Source: Lama guanicoe (taxonomy: Eukaryota). From it: DNA of 64,000 nt. The notes under the pieces are model-generated. The model did not search any database, had not been told where the DNA came from, and saw only the letters and a list, made by a program, of their open reading frames with translations. A program made the translations under genes and the position numbers. The stretch is taken from contig MU054323.1 of the NCBI GenBank assembly GCA_013239625.1, forward strand, positions 13,377,950-13,441,949, in the 5' to 3' direction. Within the stretch, counting starts at the first letter, position 1. Each line of letters starts with the position of its first letter. Below, piece by piece: positions 12,808 to 25,592 of this stretch.

Positions 12808-14149
12808 ATTACCTCATATTGAAGTCGTAAGTTTCAATGACCCTGTTGTCTTCTCAGTATTTTGCAGCCTAACAGTAAATATTTTCTACTTAGAATTGTA
12901 GAATATGTAAGCTAGAAAGAATCTTAGAAATCAGCTAGTCTTGTTTTCTTATTTTACCAACTAAAAATAGAAAGATTAAATGAATACCAGTTTAAAGAAC
13001 ACACTTTTTTGTTTCTCAACATTTTTTTCAAATTGGGGTTAAAGTCACATGACATGAAATCAAGCATTATATAGTGAACAAGTCAGTGGCATTTAGTATA
13101 TTCCCTGTGTGTGCAACCTCCTTTTCATTCTTAAGCACACACATAGCTCAGATTTTAAAATAATTCTTGGTTGATGCAAGAAACATCATACGAGAAAAAA
13201 AATGTATTCGTTACATGTAATATTTATTTTTCCTGATTGTTGGCTGCTCAGATTGTCACTTCAGAGGTACTTAAAGAGTAGGAAAGGAGGAAATGAAACT
13301 GTTTATCTGTCCCTGCAGTTAGAAAAATAAGTAGATTTGTTTAGAAAATTAACATGTTGAACTTTCCTATTTCCTTGTTTACTGTATTGTCCAGTCTTGT
13401 CTCTTATCAAATATTAGAAGTTACCTCATTCCTAAATTCCTCTGAGATTGCCTGAATGCAAGACATAATGTTTTATTTCCAAAGCCCTGTTTATTTAGAA
13501 ATGGGGAAGACCTTTCATGCAGTCCTTAATAAGAAATCCGTAAGTTATCAATCAGTATCTTAAGGTTTTCATGTGTGGCATAATTTAATGCCATTATAAG
13601 TGTTTAAATTTTGAATCCAGGTTTTAGAAATGGATTTCTAAATGGAGCCTCCATTTTTTGGCATTCATACCCAACAAATCTCTCTCTCCAGTTAGAGTCT
13701 GGCTGCAGCATGAGCAATGTGATTGAAAACGCGGGGAATGGCTGAATTGGGAGGACAGCATTAGATGAAGGGGGGGGGCTGGGGGAACTTGACTCGTCTG
13801 CAGCCGGTGAGTTTCCTTAGAGCCTTAATATTTACAGGAGTCCCGCAGAACGTAGCCCCTGCCAGGACGTTAGACTTCATTACTTCCCTGTCCTCAACAA
13901 GTACAATTTAATTGGACATTAAGCAATTTGATCTCTTTCACCTAATAAATCGAGCAAATTCAATAAACATAAATCCTGCTAGTGATAAAGCTGCCCCTGG
14001 TGGCTGAGCTCATCAGCAGTCACGCTTATTACTCCCTCAGGAACTTTAGTCACAAATGCTTATTGCTGTACTAAGTATTTACCCAGTGCTTACAGTCTGG
14101 GGAACCTACCTCATAATTTGCTTCTCAGGGTTTCAGAAGGGCGGCTGTG

Positions 14150-14280
14150 GAGCAGGAAGAACGTGGTCTTGGAGCTGGACTAACTTAGGGTCAGATCCTT
14201 CAACTCAGCTGGGACACTTACGCTCTAAACCTTAGTTTTCTTACCGGAAACGAAAGGAGCTAATTACAGTTATTTCATAG
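14150..14280 (+). mobile_element. MIR SINE fragment
   Basis: GGTCTTGGAGCTGGAC...CTCTAAACCTTAGTTTTCTTA; degenerate. Confidence 0.5.
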
Positions 14281-16934
14281 GATTCTGAGATTTGAAGGGA
14301 AAAGTGCACGCAAGGTACACGGCACCTGACCCAGAGGAGCTTAACGGTGCACGTTGGTTAACATCCCTTTTTCCCAGTGCCCGTCGGCAGGGATCTGTAG
14401 TAGGCAGCGTTCTGTGGTCCTTCCACCTCCCTAAGGCTCTCTTCTCCGTTCTGCATGCCTGGGGCTCTGCTTTACCTTCCCTCCTCCTCTTCAGCCGCTT
14501 GACCCCCTTCCTGTAGATGCTCACCTCCAGGGCCAAGCTTTCCTGGCTCTGCCTGGCTGGCTCTAGGCATGGCCTCTCCAGCAGGTGCTGTGGCACCTGT
14601 CTGTGCACTGTCATTTCGTCCCCCCCCCCCCGCGGTAGTGTTCTCAGCCATTCAGTCAGTCGCTGAATGGAACAATGACCTGCCGTTAATGCTGCTAAGG
14701 CAGAGAACCAGACTTCTCTTTCATAGATGAAGCTCAGGGAAAGGTATCTGTGCGAGGAATAGGAAGCAGCAGGACTAGAACCCACGACTTCGGACTCCGG
14801 GTCCTTTCTCTTTTTAGAAGACCTAATTTTCTCTCACCACGCAGCAGGTTTTAACATAATGGAATCAGGCTGACTCTGCCTGTTCAGCAGGCACTGTGGG
14901 TAAGAGTTTACTGTCTGAGAAAGAACTTAAGCAGACAGACACCTCAAGAGATGGCCAGTTCCCAGGGTGTGGCATTGCCAGTGGAATCCTCTTACATTCC
15001 TTCCTCTGTCATCAGCACTGGATGGTATGTTCTGTAAACGGTGAACATTCTTCTAATTCCATAGCTTTTGCTCATTTCACAGGAAAATGCCTATTTTACT
15101 GCTGATTCAACACGTGCTGGGGTGAATACTCATTCCCTTCTCCCTGTCTCCTTCCTCCATTTCTTGGTGTGTATGTTCTCCAAACACCATCATCAATTAA
15201 GAGTGCAAGTGGAGGCCTGTAAGAAAAACACCTGGTCTAGAAATCTGAGCAAAATATCCATTTTTAATGCATGTGGACTGGTTCCTGCTGCTTCTTTATT
15301 TGAAAATGATGCGCTTCAAACTTCAGAGCACAAGGTTTTCGGCTCTGACATGTGGAGAATGAAATGCAGTCTCTTAATTGGTTCTCAAAGCAGCTGTATT
15401 TAATCTGCCTCAGTCAGAAGGAAAACTTCATCCCCCAGTTTCCTCACATGCCAAAGTGGCACTGTGACGTGGGACGGTCCAGACCAGCCCCACAGATGTG
15501 TCTGTCATCAGGAATGAAGATTTCCTGCTGGGATATAGTATTGTGCTTCCCATTGCTGCTGACAGCAGGGGGTCCCAGACCCCCTGACTCCAAGGGGTAA
15601 TTTTTAAACTTTTTTTCCATTTAAAATTAAAATCAAAGCAGCACCATCTGTCATGCGGCTCTGCTGTGCCAGGGAAGTGAGTGTGATCAGTGGCCTGGAT
15701 CTTGTTTAGACCGCGTAGTGATGGTGGCCCATCCCATCCCGTTTGTGTCTCTTGTAGCTTTGATCAAGAGCTTCACATTTGTGCCTGAAGGGGGGGGTTG
15801 CAGTAAGTGGGAGGACTCAGGTGTGACTGTTTCCTTGTCCTGTCCATTTCACGCTCTTATTTGGTGAGATCCTGGATGGACACGTTGTGTGGTGTCTCAG
15901 AAAGGGCATTTGCCTCACCAAGTACAAGCCCTGCTAAGCAGAGCTCTTCCTTTGCACCAAGCCCCAGAGAACTGGGTGCTTAGTTGTTACTGACATGCTT
16001 AAGAATGTCCTGCAGAAGGAAGAAGACTCTAGGGACAGAAAAACGGATCCACCTCTACACGCTGAGCTGGATGAAGTGGCAGCCAGCAGATTCTCATGGG
16101 CTCCCATCGGAAGTTATGGAAACAGGTCTGGGGTCTGCAGTTCCCAGGCTCTATACTCTCAGCCAACCATAATCCACTTCCTTCCCAAACTGGGCTGGAG
16201 CCAGGACCCAGCCCTGGGGGTGACCAAGGTCAAGCGCCTCCAAGAGAGATGGGTTCCGGTTGTGGCTTGGGGTGCTCAGAGACCCAGCACGTGTGAGGAA
16301 CATGCATGTGCCCAGGTCCTGAAGAAAACACCTTGCCCAAGACTCAACAGAAAGCTCTCATGTTCCCGCTGCTCCCTTACAAGATGAGAAACCCGCTGTC
16401 TACTGCAGACATTCCTAAAGGATTCAGGTATATACTAGCAATTGTTGAACATCCGTTCCCCCCCTGTATTTTGAGTTCTGTTGATCTAGTGTTAAAACAT
16501 GCTGTTGCTGATGCTTTATCACTGTCTGACCAAGGGATTAAATTTGCCAAGGCAGGCAGTAATTCTTGAGATGAACTCCATGAAGACATCTTTCTCTTGT
16601 TTACTGAGCTGGAGTTTCCCTCTATTTAAAAATTCCAAATCTTGAAACAATATCTAAAAACATCTGGAGACTGCACTTTAATTACTCTTAATTTATGGCA
16701 CAGTTCTTTGCCCACTGACCACTACCTTTAAAGTTTTGCTAACACTAAAATTTGTATCAATCATTCTGATACTGTCTTTGAAAATCCATTTATTTCCAGA
16801 TGGTCAGTAGGGACTTGAGTGATTTTTACTAAGAGATAAAACTATAACCTCCATTTTTCCTGGTGCTTCAAAATGTATGAAGAGTTCCATAACATCATCT
16901 TATTTTTTGTACGTCTGGAACACAGATGCAAACA

Positions 16935-17055
16935 GGAATTGTTTTATCCCCATGTGACAGATGTGGAAACTGAGGCTTGCCCAGAATTGCTAAGCTGGAG
17001 AGTAAATGGCACAATCAGGACTTGAGCCCCAGCTTCTGCCTCCGTAGCCCACGCT
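16935..17055 (-). mobile_element. MIR SINE fragment
   Basis: ATCCCCATGTGACAGATGTGGAAACTGAGGCT...AGGACTTGAGCCC. Confidence 0.7.
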
Positions 17056-18999
17056 CTTGGCCAAGAACGAGAGCAGGTGTGTGTGACGGGAGAGGAAGCA
17101 TGGATGGATTAGGATAGACCCCTCCATGCTCCCAGGGAAATAACTCAGAATGCATGTGCTGGCGGTGCTGGGACTGTAGCACATCTTCAGATAGAAAAGA
17201 GTACATTCAATGCAGAAATGTTGTTTTGATAACTGAGCAAAACTATCTTGTTGAAGTTTGGATTGTTAATGTGTGAGTCAAAGTGAAGCAGCCTAGGACA
17301 GCAAGTACTAGAATCTTAAGAGGAAAATGCCTGATCAGGGCAGAAGGGAGGGGAAGGAAGATGCAGCAAACCCCAGAGGTCCTACCCCACCCCTTATGCT
17401 CTTCTGCTCCGGGGCTCTGCTTTACCAGAGCCTTCCTTGGGAACCACTTGGTTGTCCCCAGACACAGCTTACAGTTTGCTCTCATGTGCCTTTTTAAGCT
17501 CTTTTTAAAATCCACAATGTCCTCTATGAAGTAATCCCTGTTCATCTACTTAGTTTCAGGTCAAGGCCTACCTTTTCCAGGAAGCTGTTCACAAACATCA
17601 CACAAGAACAGAAGCCTGTTCCTCCTCCTCCCCTCTCACACTTGGTCCCTTCCTTTTGTGAGGTTCGAGGGTGAGAGCTTGGAGGGCAGAGGCCAGCTCA
17701 TTTCGTGGCGGAGGACATACGGTCTAGGGGCCTGACAGCCGGGAGCTGGAGAGGAACATCTGCTCGGCCATCTCTGGATTTAGTTTTAGAAAATAAGAAC
17801 GTGAATTAATTTATTTTTCATACCCACTCTTTTTGTTTTTGGTTTTTTTTATGAAATAGTCATGTTACAGTGTTCATATCCACTCGATCACAGTTGTTGC
17901 TTAGATAGATAGGAAACGCTGAGCAAACCTCCTTTCCAAATGTACAGCAAAGGTATATAAAAAGTCACGAGAGAAAACCACCTCAGTGCATGACACTTGT
18001 AAACATTTCTGCCATCTTACCCGCGCAGGGAAATCCTTAATTTTTCTCTTTCAGACTTGAAGCAGAACTGACAGCCGTTTGTGTTCTCTTTGTTTGAAGG
18101 TGTATTTTTGTGAGTCAGGGATCATTTTCCAGGTTTAGCTATTTCCTTAGTGAAATTCACGTTTCCCATGGTTTCATGTGAAAGTGCTGGGAGCATCTGA
18201 GGGGGGTGTCGTTCCTGGAGTGCTTCCCACAAAGAGAATTTTAGGAAGGGCAACCATAATCCCACCGTGTCTAGTGGTGCAGGGTCTTTTCTGGTTTTAC
18301 ATTCCCTTTTTGCATTTTTAGGGAGAATGTGCGAGTGTGTGTGCATATACACGCATGCACACACACGCGTGCTCACACCTTTGACTCCTTTAAATAGTGG
18401 TGATAGAAGAAAGCCTTGAGAGTTTACATATTTGCCTCAGTGCTTTTTAGTTTTGTTACAGAAGGAAACAAAATAGAGGAAAGGTCCTTTACAGCCCAGG
18501 CAAGTGTGGCTGTTGCCTTGTGTGGCTGTCCTGAGAGTGTCTACCCAGTCCTGGGGCTGCTGACCTGCCACTCTGGAGGAGTTGAAGTCTGGGGAGCCCC
18601 AGAATTTTCACCAACTGCTACATGAATCCTTGGGCAGGATATTTTCCATCAAATGTCCGTTCAAAACATGAAGCTATCTCTTCTAAAGCTTTCCTCTCTA
18701 GACCTTCTAGATAATGCTGCTCCGAAATGCAGGCAAGAGCCTGGGACCATGAAAAGCATTGAAAGGTCAGTCACCCCAGAACAAATGGAGAACCAACAAG
18801 ATCCCAAGTGCTAGGGGACGCCTGTGAGGAAGGCCAAAGGGGAGTTTGGAAGTCAGATATCCTCGGGGGTGGGGATATGGCCTCAGGAAGCGGTAACTGC
18901 AGATGCATGTAGCTGGGGTGCAGCCGAGGCAAACACAAGCACTACAAAGGGGCTGAGACAGACGTGAGAGAGGGAGAATGTTAACTGTCTACACCCTTG

Positions 19000-19210
19000 A
19001 GCTTCAGGACTGAGTTCAGATACAGCACTGCCTCACACCAGCTGTCATTTAACCACTCCATGCTTCCGTTTCCCACTGGTAAAATGGAGATGATGATAGT
19101 GGCTCTTTACAGGGTACTGTAAATGTTTTAGTGAATTAATGTACATTAAGTGTTTAGAACAGTGTCTGGCAGAGAGCAAACACTACACAACTGTTAGCCA
19201 TTATTATTCC
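19000..19210 (+). mobile_element. MIR SINE
   Basis: GTTTCCCACTGGTAAAATGGAGATGATGATAGT...GTGTTTAGAACAGTGTCTGGCA...GTTAGCCATTATTATT. Confidence 0.78.
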
Positions 19211-19821
19211 TAGTACCATTACCTCACTGTTCCTGCTATTATGACAATGATCATCACTGCTGTAATGCTATTCATCATAAGGACCAGGTCTTGAGTAGAG
19301 AGGTATTACAGTCGCTACATACTTCAAGTGGTACCTAGTAGCATCCTCACTTGGTGGTTCTCGTTTTTGGATCACCAGAGAGACATTTTTCTTCTGCCTC
19401 TAGTGAATGGAATAGTATGTATCTATCTATCTGTAAGAATGACTATTTTGTACATGTCAAATGTTTTGATGAAAACAACCAGTGGGTTCCAATAAAGCTG
19501 TTCTTCCAAAACGCTGGCGGCACTCGCAGCTGGCTCACTATCAGGTCCTCACTCTCCTGCGATAGAGTCTAACCTTTCAGCTACTATTTTTGGCCTTCAA
19601 TTCTGGGTCTTAATTGTGCTGTACAGAATGACTTGCGTGTGCATGTAAACAGAGCACCCATAAAGGATACTGAGACGTTCCAGGATCGGGGTGAGCATAG
19701 GAGATCCGGGCATGCAGTGGGACGGCGCCCTGGTGGGTTCCTGATGCTCTGAGCGGTGAGTGGGTGCGTCCAGGTGCGAGCCAGCAGCAGTGGTGTGACG
19801 CGTTCCTTGTTTCCTTTCTAG

Positions 19822-19944
19822 ATGACTACGCCCAGCTGTGTAACATCCCTGTCGCAGGACGCCGGCGGCCATACGGACGAGACGCCTTGGTGGACTTCAG
19901 TGAACAGTACGCTCCCGAGGCCGACCCCTACTTCATTCAGGACC
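19822..19944 (+). CDS. LTBP1: LTBP1 coding exon, end of TB domain plus linker: (D)DYAQLCNIPVAGRRRPYGRDALVDFSEQYAPEADPYFIQD(R)
   Basis: ttcctttctAG acceptor (19820-19821), GTGAG donor at 19945; 123 bp, phase 1/1; lies within ORF 19764..19994; recognisable LTBP1 peptide. Confidence 0.96.
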
Positions 19945-19995
19945 GTGAGCAAAATTCTTTGGTTCCTTTTGGACTAAACCATGGTTTAGATTAGT

Positions 19996-20140
19996 CAGTG
20001 GTTCTAAAAATGTAGTCCCTGGGAACTTGTTAGAAATGCACATTTCTGGGCTCTGCTGAATCAAACTGGGATGAGACCCACAAGTCAGTTTTACCCACCC
20101 TCTGGGTAACCCTTACACTCACTCAAGTTTGAGAACCACC
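19996..20140 (+). mobile_element. MER5A-like hAT element
   Basis: CAGTGGTTCT...GAGAACCAC TIRs, GGGAACTTGTTAGAAATGCA core, possible 8 bp TSD AGATTAGT/AGATCAGT. Confidence 0.8.
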
Positions 20141-21826
20141 AGATCAGTTATGAGTCTCACTGGTGGGGCTGCCGTTACGTTTATTTTCTTTAAAGAAAAT
20201 GATTAGTTTCCATAACAGTCATTTTTTTAACCCATGAAGTGGTGGCCTACTTTATGGGCCAGAGTTTTCTTGAAAGCTTGGTTATACTGTAGTCTTGTTT
20301 CATACAAGGAAATGATCAGTATTAACTCTGTCGAGTTGATCTTTATAAGCATTTTGAGTGGGAGGTAAAACCATTGCTCTCCTGGTCAGAGACTTAATTG
20401 TTAGAATTCACTTATGAGGGGGTTTATTAAGCCAGAAACGACGTGCACTGGCTCTTCCTGGACTTGTGAGCAGAGCATCCCGGCTGAGGCCACCACATGA
20501 GCTAAATATGTCTGTGGGAGAGACCAAAGTGTTCATGTACAGACATATTATGTGAAGTCTGAAAAATGGGATGGTACAAACTGAAATATCAGTAGATAAT
20601 AGGTTGTCAGCATTCAAGAACAGGACTAGGAGCAGTGCAGAATCCAGGTGCCTGGTCCACAGAATTCTCCCGAGGGGCCTCGGTGCAGTGCGTGAAGTGG
20701 CTCCAGGGATTCCAGCCAGAATCCCTGTGGACCTGGGAGGTGGGGTTAGGCTGGTGGAGACACTGCTGAATTCTGAAAGCCAGTAAGGCAGATGTCTTTG
20801 GGGACCCTGCCCAGGGGCCTGATGTGCCACACAAGCACTGTTGAAGCTACTTCACTTCGGGGTCTGTTTCCCTCCTTCCCTTCTCCTCCCTGCCCCCTCC
20901 CCCCTTTTTTTTTAAAGGATGCAGTATATTGATGATTCATGCAAATCAGAACTGCTCAAAAACTTACATGGAAACAGCATTCTACCCATTCACCTAGGTT
21001 GGGGCTTCCAGACTGGTATAGGGTGGGTCTGGACCCTGGCCAGCATGCAGATGGCCCTTGGTGCCCTCTCTCAGCCACCCCCACCCCACCTCAGGATAAC
21101 TGTCCTAACTTCTAACACCTTAGGTGATTTCTTTTAATCAACCACAAATAACCATGAATTATTTCAAGAAATGTGCCTAAATACATTAACAGCTATAAGA
21201 CTGTATACTTATGATTTATACACTTCTCTGTATACATGTTAGAGGTCAGTTAATATTGACTTTAAAATAAAGAAAAAAATACTAAGGTTGAAAGAAAGTA
21301 CAGTTTGCCTGCCCCCTAGATCCAAAATACCAGGGTAAATCTATGTTTAACTCTGACACAAGCCCATTGCTTGTGTGCGTAACGTCTAACACATTATAGT
21401 TCAGATGCCAGGATTTTAAGGTTGAAATGTTTTGACTTAGGTACCTTTTTTTAATGTCATTGCTTTGAAACTAACTATTCAAATGTTAAGAAATAAACAT
21501 GCTGGTATCACATCAATTTCATGTTTAGCAACATGGGAAGCGGAGATGCACTCCCAAGGCCTCCAGCTTTGACTATGTAATGCCCTTTAAATTTCTTACC
21601 AGTTACGGAGAAAGAGCTCCTCCTCCTCCCCAGACTGGGACCTCAGGGCTCTCTGGCCCGGCTGCAGAAGTCATCATATTGGGTAGATAGGAAACCTCAA
21701 CCTCTCTTTTATTATCACCTTCACGATTCACCGTCTCCTGCCTTCTGGTTGTTTAAGAAAGTGGAGCTGATGGTTGGTGTTATCTTTAGTTAGAACAGTA
21801 TGTCTTAAAACTGGAATTTACTAGAG

Positions 21827-22045
21827 CAGAGATCAAGTTTTTCTATAAGTAGCCAGATAATAAAATTTTTAGGCTTTGCAGGCCATTTATTTAATCTCTG
21901 TTGCGGCTACTCATCTATGCTATGGTATCAGGAAAGCAGCCACAGATGAGATGTCAGTATGTAAGTGAGGCTGTCTTCCAATAAAACTTTATTGACAAAG
22001 CAGGTAGCCAGCCCTATTTGGAGCAGGGGCTATGCTCTGCTGCTG
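21827..22045 (+). mobile_element. MER58A-like hAT element
   Basis: GCCAGATAATAAAATTTTTAGGCTTTGCAGGCCAT...AAAGCAGCCACAGA...CCAATAAAACTTTATT. Confidence 0.82.
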
Positions 22046-23214
22046 CAGTTTTAAGAATCCTAGAGAAGTATTTTGGGGAGTGTCCTTGATATGTGTGTAG
22101 GAGTTTCAAGTTTTAATTTCATGTTTTAATTTCTGTAGTAAAAATTTTACAATTTATAAAAATGATTTTGCCTAGAATTTAAAATACTTTCCTAGACTGA
22201 CTATTTTCTTGTCAGTGCTTCTTAAATTGGCCTTGGGGATCTGCTGCCAGTCATGAGAGCCAGTAGTAGTTTTTTTTCTCCCTTAAAATTTTAAAAATAG
22301 CCTCTCGTGGATGTATTACTCAATTTTTAAAATCACTGTTAGACCTTACTGCCCTGCATAAACAATATTTTGCTGCCCCCTGCAGTTCCACTGGAGAATT
22401 ACTTCAAAGGCCAAATGGAAAGGTCTGGTCCTACGTTTTTTTCTTCTTAAGAGCTAATACAAGCAGGAGAGGGGAATGAGGCCCCTGTTCACAGTATATT
22501 TGGGTCACCAAGGATTTATATTTACAACTTTTAAGCTCTAGCTCTGAATCAGGTTAAAGATATCTAAAGAAGAGCCAAACAAGAGCTTCTTTGTTTTCTT
22601 AAAAAAAAAAAAAAGACTTTTGGTTTTCTAAACACAAGTACAATGTATTTTTCTCATTTATCAGAATGTTTTGAGTCCCTTTTTACTGCCTTTATCCTTT
22701 GATCCCCCAAGAGCCCTTTTGTAAGGCTCATTCCAAAGCTAGAGCAAACAAACAGACCTCCCTTGGCAAGGCCAGGCTGGCTTGTCTCTGCTTCTGGGAG
22801 CTCCAAGTGAAAAAGCACCACCTCCAGTACTCATGGGTCTTCTTAGCAAATGTCTGTGCTCGATACTGAGTTCCATTGGTTCCATCCTGAAAGACAGTTT
22901 GCCCTACTGAGAACTCAGGAAATTTTAAAATCTTAAGCAAAAAATTTCAGTTACTAAGGACAGAAACAAATACCCTGCTTTATCATTTTATGTGATTTTT
23001 TAAACATAAACATCAGAATTCAAGAGGTGAGGCTAATCTATACAACATATACAAGGTTTGTAATAGTCTATACTTAATATTATGAACAGATATGTTCACT
23101 TACATTTTAATGCTCAAGTATTGGAAAGATGAACCTTAATAATCATGTAGTTTTAAAAAATGGAGTAAGAGGTTGAAATTTTCTAAAACTTGTCTCCTGT
23201 CCTTTCCCTTCCAG

Positions 23215-23364
23215 GTTTTTTAAATAGTTTTGAGGAGTTGCAGGCAGAAGAATGTGGCATCCTCAATGGATGTGAAAACGGCCGCTGTGTCAGGGTACAG
23301 GAAGGTTACACCTGTGACTGCTTTGATGGGTACCACTTGGATATGGCCAAGATGACCTGTGTTG
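23215..23364 (+). CDS. LTBP1: LTBP1 coding exon, EGF-like domain: (R)[49 protein letters not shown]
   Basis: Long pyrimidine tract plus AG (23213-23214), GTAAG donor at 23365; 150 bp, phase 1/1; the [20 protein letters not shown] motif is typical of LTBPs. Confidence 0.97.
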
Positions 23365-23459
23365 GTAAGAATGATGTGCATCTGATGGGAAATTATTCTT
23401 TCCCTGAGATGCTCTGTGGCCAGACCTCATGCAGTCAAGTACATGTAAGATAGATTTGC

Positions 23460-23600
23460 AGCATTTAGGAAGATGGGAAAAGTTCTGGAGATGGACAGTG
23501 CTGAAGAGTGTACAACAGTGGGAAGATGCTTAATGCCCCTAGACTATCCACTTAAAAATGGTTGAAACGGTCACTTTTATGGTGTGAATATTTTTTTTAA
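23460..23600 (+). mobile_element. Old L1 (L1MA/MB-type) 3' end fragment
   Basis: AAAAGTTCTGGAGATGGA...CACTTAAAAATGGTT...TTTTATG. Confidence 0.75.
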
Positions 23601-24492
23601 TTGTAAAAGTTAATATTTAAAAATTCATATAAATGGTACAGATGGAGGAAAGGCCAGGATCTCCTAGGTAATTACTCTAATTTTTTTAAATTGAGATTTT
23701 TTGACTCTCGCAAATAATGCTTTCCCTGAATACCTGACACCAGCTTTAGAGAACACAGATGTCCACACAAAAAAAAACCTACCACTTCCATTTTGGAAAG
23801 TCCTTTTTAAAACTTGCTCATGTTGCCTTCCCTCTTCCTCTTAAAAGAACAGTAAGTGTACGTTTATTCTTCCTGTGTGATTCATGTGCTAATGTGCCTG
23901 GTGACCTCTATGGTAGAAGGCCCTTGTCTTGCAGCAGTTTGTTTCTTCACATGTGTGTGGTTCTTTCGCTTGCTCCTATAGTTTCCCCATGTCAGCTTTG
24001 TCTCAATCTGCAGTGGGTCTAAAAATAGGTAACCTGGGTTATTACAGGTGTTTGAAGTGCGTGAGAGCCCTTCTTTCCTGTGGAAAGAAATCTAAGAAGG
24101 TAACTTAAACCTTCAGAGAGGCCACTCTATCTCTTGCCAGCCTCCCCATTCTGCACCTGTGGGAAGGAATTTAGACATAGGATACTTCTGCCAGCTTCCT
24201 TGAAGTTTAACTACAAAATGTCAAGCTGACAAAATGATTTGGGTTGCATTCATTAACAGGGAAAGAAATTCTAGAATCTCCCAGATAGCCTACCTTTTTA
24301 AGATCCAGAAAGTAATTTGCCTTGCATGTGATTGAAAAGACAATAATGGGAAAGACTGTATAGTTGACTCGGGGGAAAGCAGAGAACAGCTGGGCTCAGG
24401 CTACAGCCGGATGCCTCAGGTGAGCCAGAGGTTGCATTTCCTCCCGGAGTGATGTTAAAGCTGGTTTACCTGCATGGTTTGGCTTATTGCAG

Positions 24493-24674
24493 ATGTCAAC
24501 GAATGTGATGAGTTGAACAACCGCATGTCTCTCTGCAAGAACGCCAAGTGCATCAACACAGAAGGTTCCTATAAGTGTGTGTGTCTGCCGGGCTATGTAC
24601 CTTCTGACAAGCCAAACTACTGCACTCCATTGAATACCGCCTTGAATTTAGACAAGGACAGTGACCTGGAGTAA
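24493..24674 (+). CDS. LTBP1: LTBP1 terminal coding exon, last cbEGF and C-terminus ...[60 protein letters not shown]
   Basis: ttattgcAG acceptor (24491-24492); TAA at 24672-24674 followed directly by TAG; the C-terminus DSDLE matches LTBP1. Confidence 0.97.
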
Positions 24675-25437
24675 TAGAATCTACATAACCTAAGCCCATA
24701 TACTCTGCACTGTGTAAAGGAAAAGAGAAATGTATTATATACTTCAGACATTGCACCTAACCCAGAATGTTGGAAATACGGAAACATCGTGGAGTTACGT
24801 ATCCTCAGAAGAGAAAGGGTTCAGCGTGAGCCTCACTGGTGTGACAGACAAAATGGACATTTCTCTGAAAAACCAGTATATATAGTCTGTTCATATGTAA
24901 AATTCAGTGGAAAAGAGGCAGAACAGTGCTGTTATTTTAAACAGAAGGTTGTATTATTGTTTTGGTATTTTTTACTGTTGCTTGATTAAATCTGGCATTT
25001 AAATAGTGGTGGAAATATTTTATGTAATTTTCATTTTTCGGTTGTTTCTCTCCAGACTGTTTTTTAAATCTCAAGTGCAAAAAGTCTTTGATAAAATATT
25101 GTTTAAACTGTATTATAAGTATTGTTACACAGGGTTATGCTATTCCTGGTCTGGAACATTTTTAAAATCCAAATTGTCTGTCCTGTGGAGCAGGCAGTGA
25201 TTGTTTCAAAACTTTTATAAACATTTGGAGAACAGTACTTTGTACTTACCATGTGTTGTCAGATTTTAATGTCCATTCTTAGCCAAGCTGCTAGTAGGTG
25301 TTAATTGGATCCATTTCCTACACTGAAATGGAAGAACTAATGAGCTTATATTAGTATTGTAACATGTAAAGTATGCCCAGCAAAATTTTTTAAAAACTTG
25401 ATGATCCCAATATAGTTACCATTGTATGTTAAAGCAA

Positions 25438-25443
25438 AATAAA
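25438..25443 (+). terminator. Candidate polyadenylation signal AATAAA
   Basis: Canonical hexamer about 760 nt after the stop, preceded by TGTA motifs and followed by a T12 run. Confidence 0.65.
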
Positions 25444-25574
25444 TCACCTTTTTTTTTTTTAGAAAATGTCTACCTCAGAATAATGTCAATGAGCATTTGT
25501 GTACGAGCTGTGTCCCCGCCCACCCCACTCTATCAGTGGGTTTCCATGAATCTGGAGTCTTTTACAGGTTAGTT

Positions 25575-25580
25575 ATTAAA
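25575..25580 (+). terminator. Candidate distal polyadenylation signal ATTAAA
   Basis: Common variant hexamer at the end of the non-repeat UTR-like sequence. Confidence 0.5.
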
Positions 25581-25592
25581 TTTGTTAGATAC

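Noticed and set aside
13991..14005. Second CTCF site (GCCACCAGGGGCAGC on the minus strand)
   Set aside because: One G short in the core, which puts the conserved GGC out of register.
14270..14785. 171-aa minus-strand ORF
   Set aside because: No recognisable domain, non-ATG start, partly overlaps MIR-like sequence; expected by chance in GC-richer intron.
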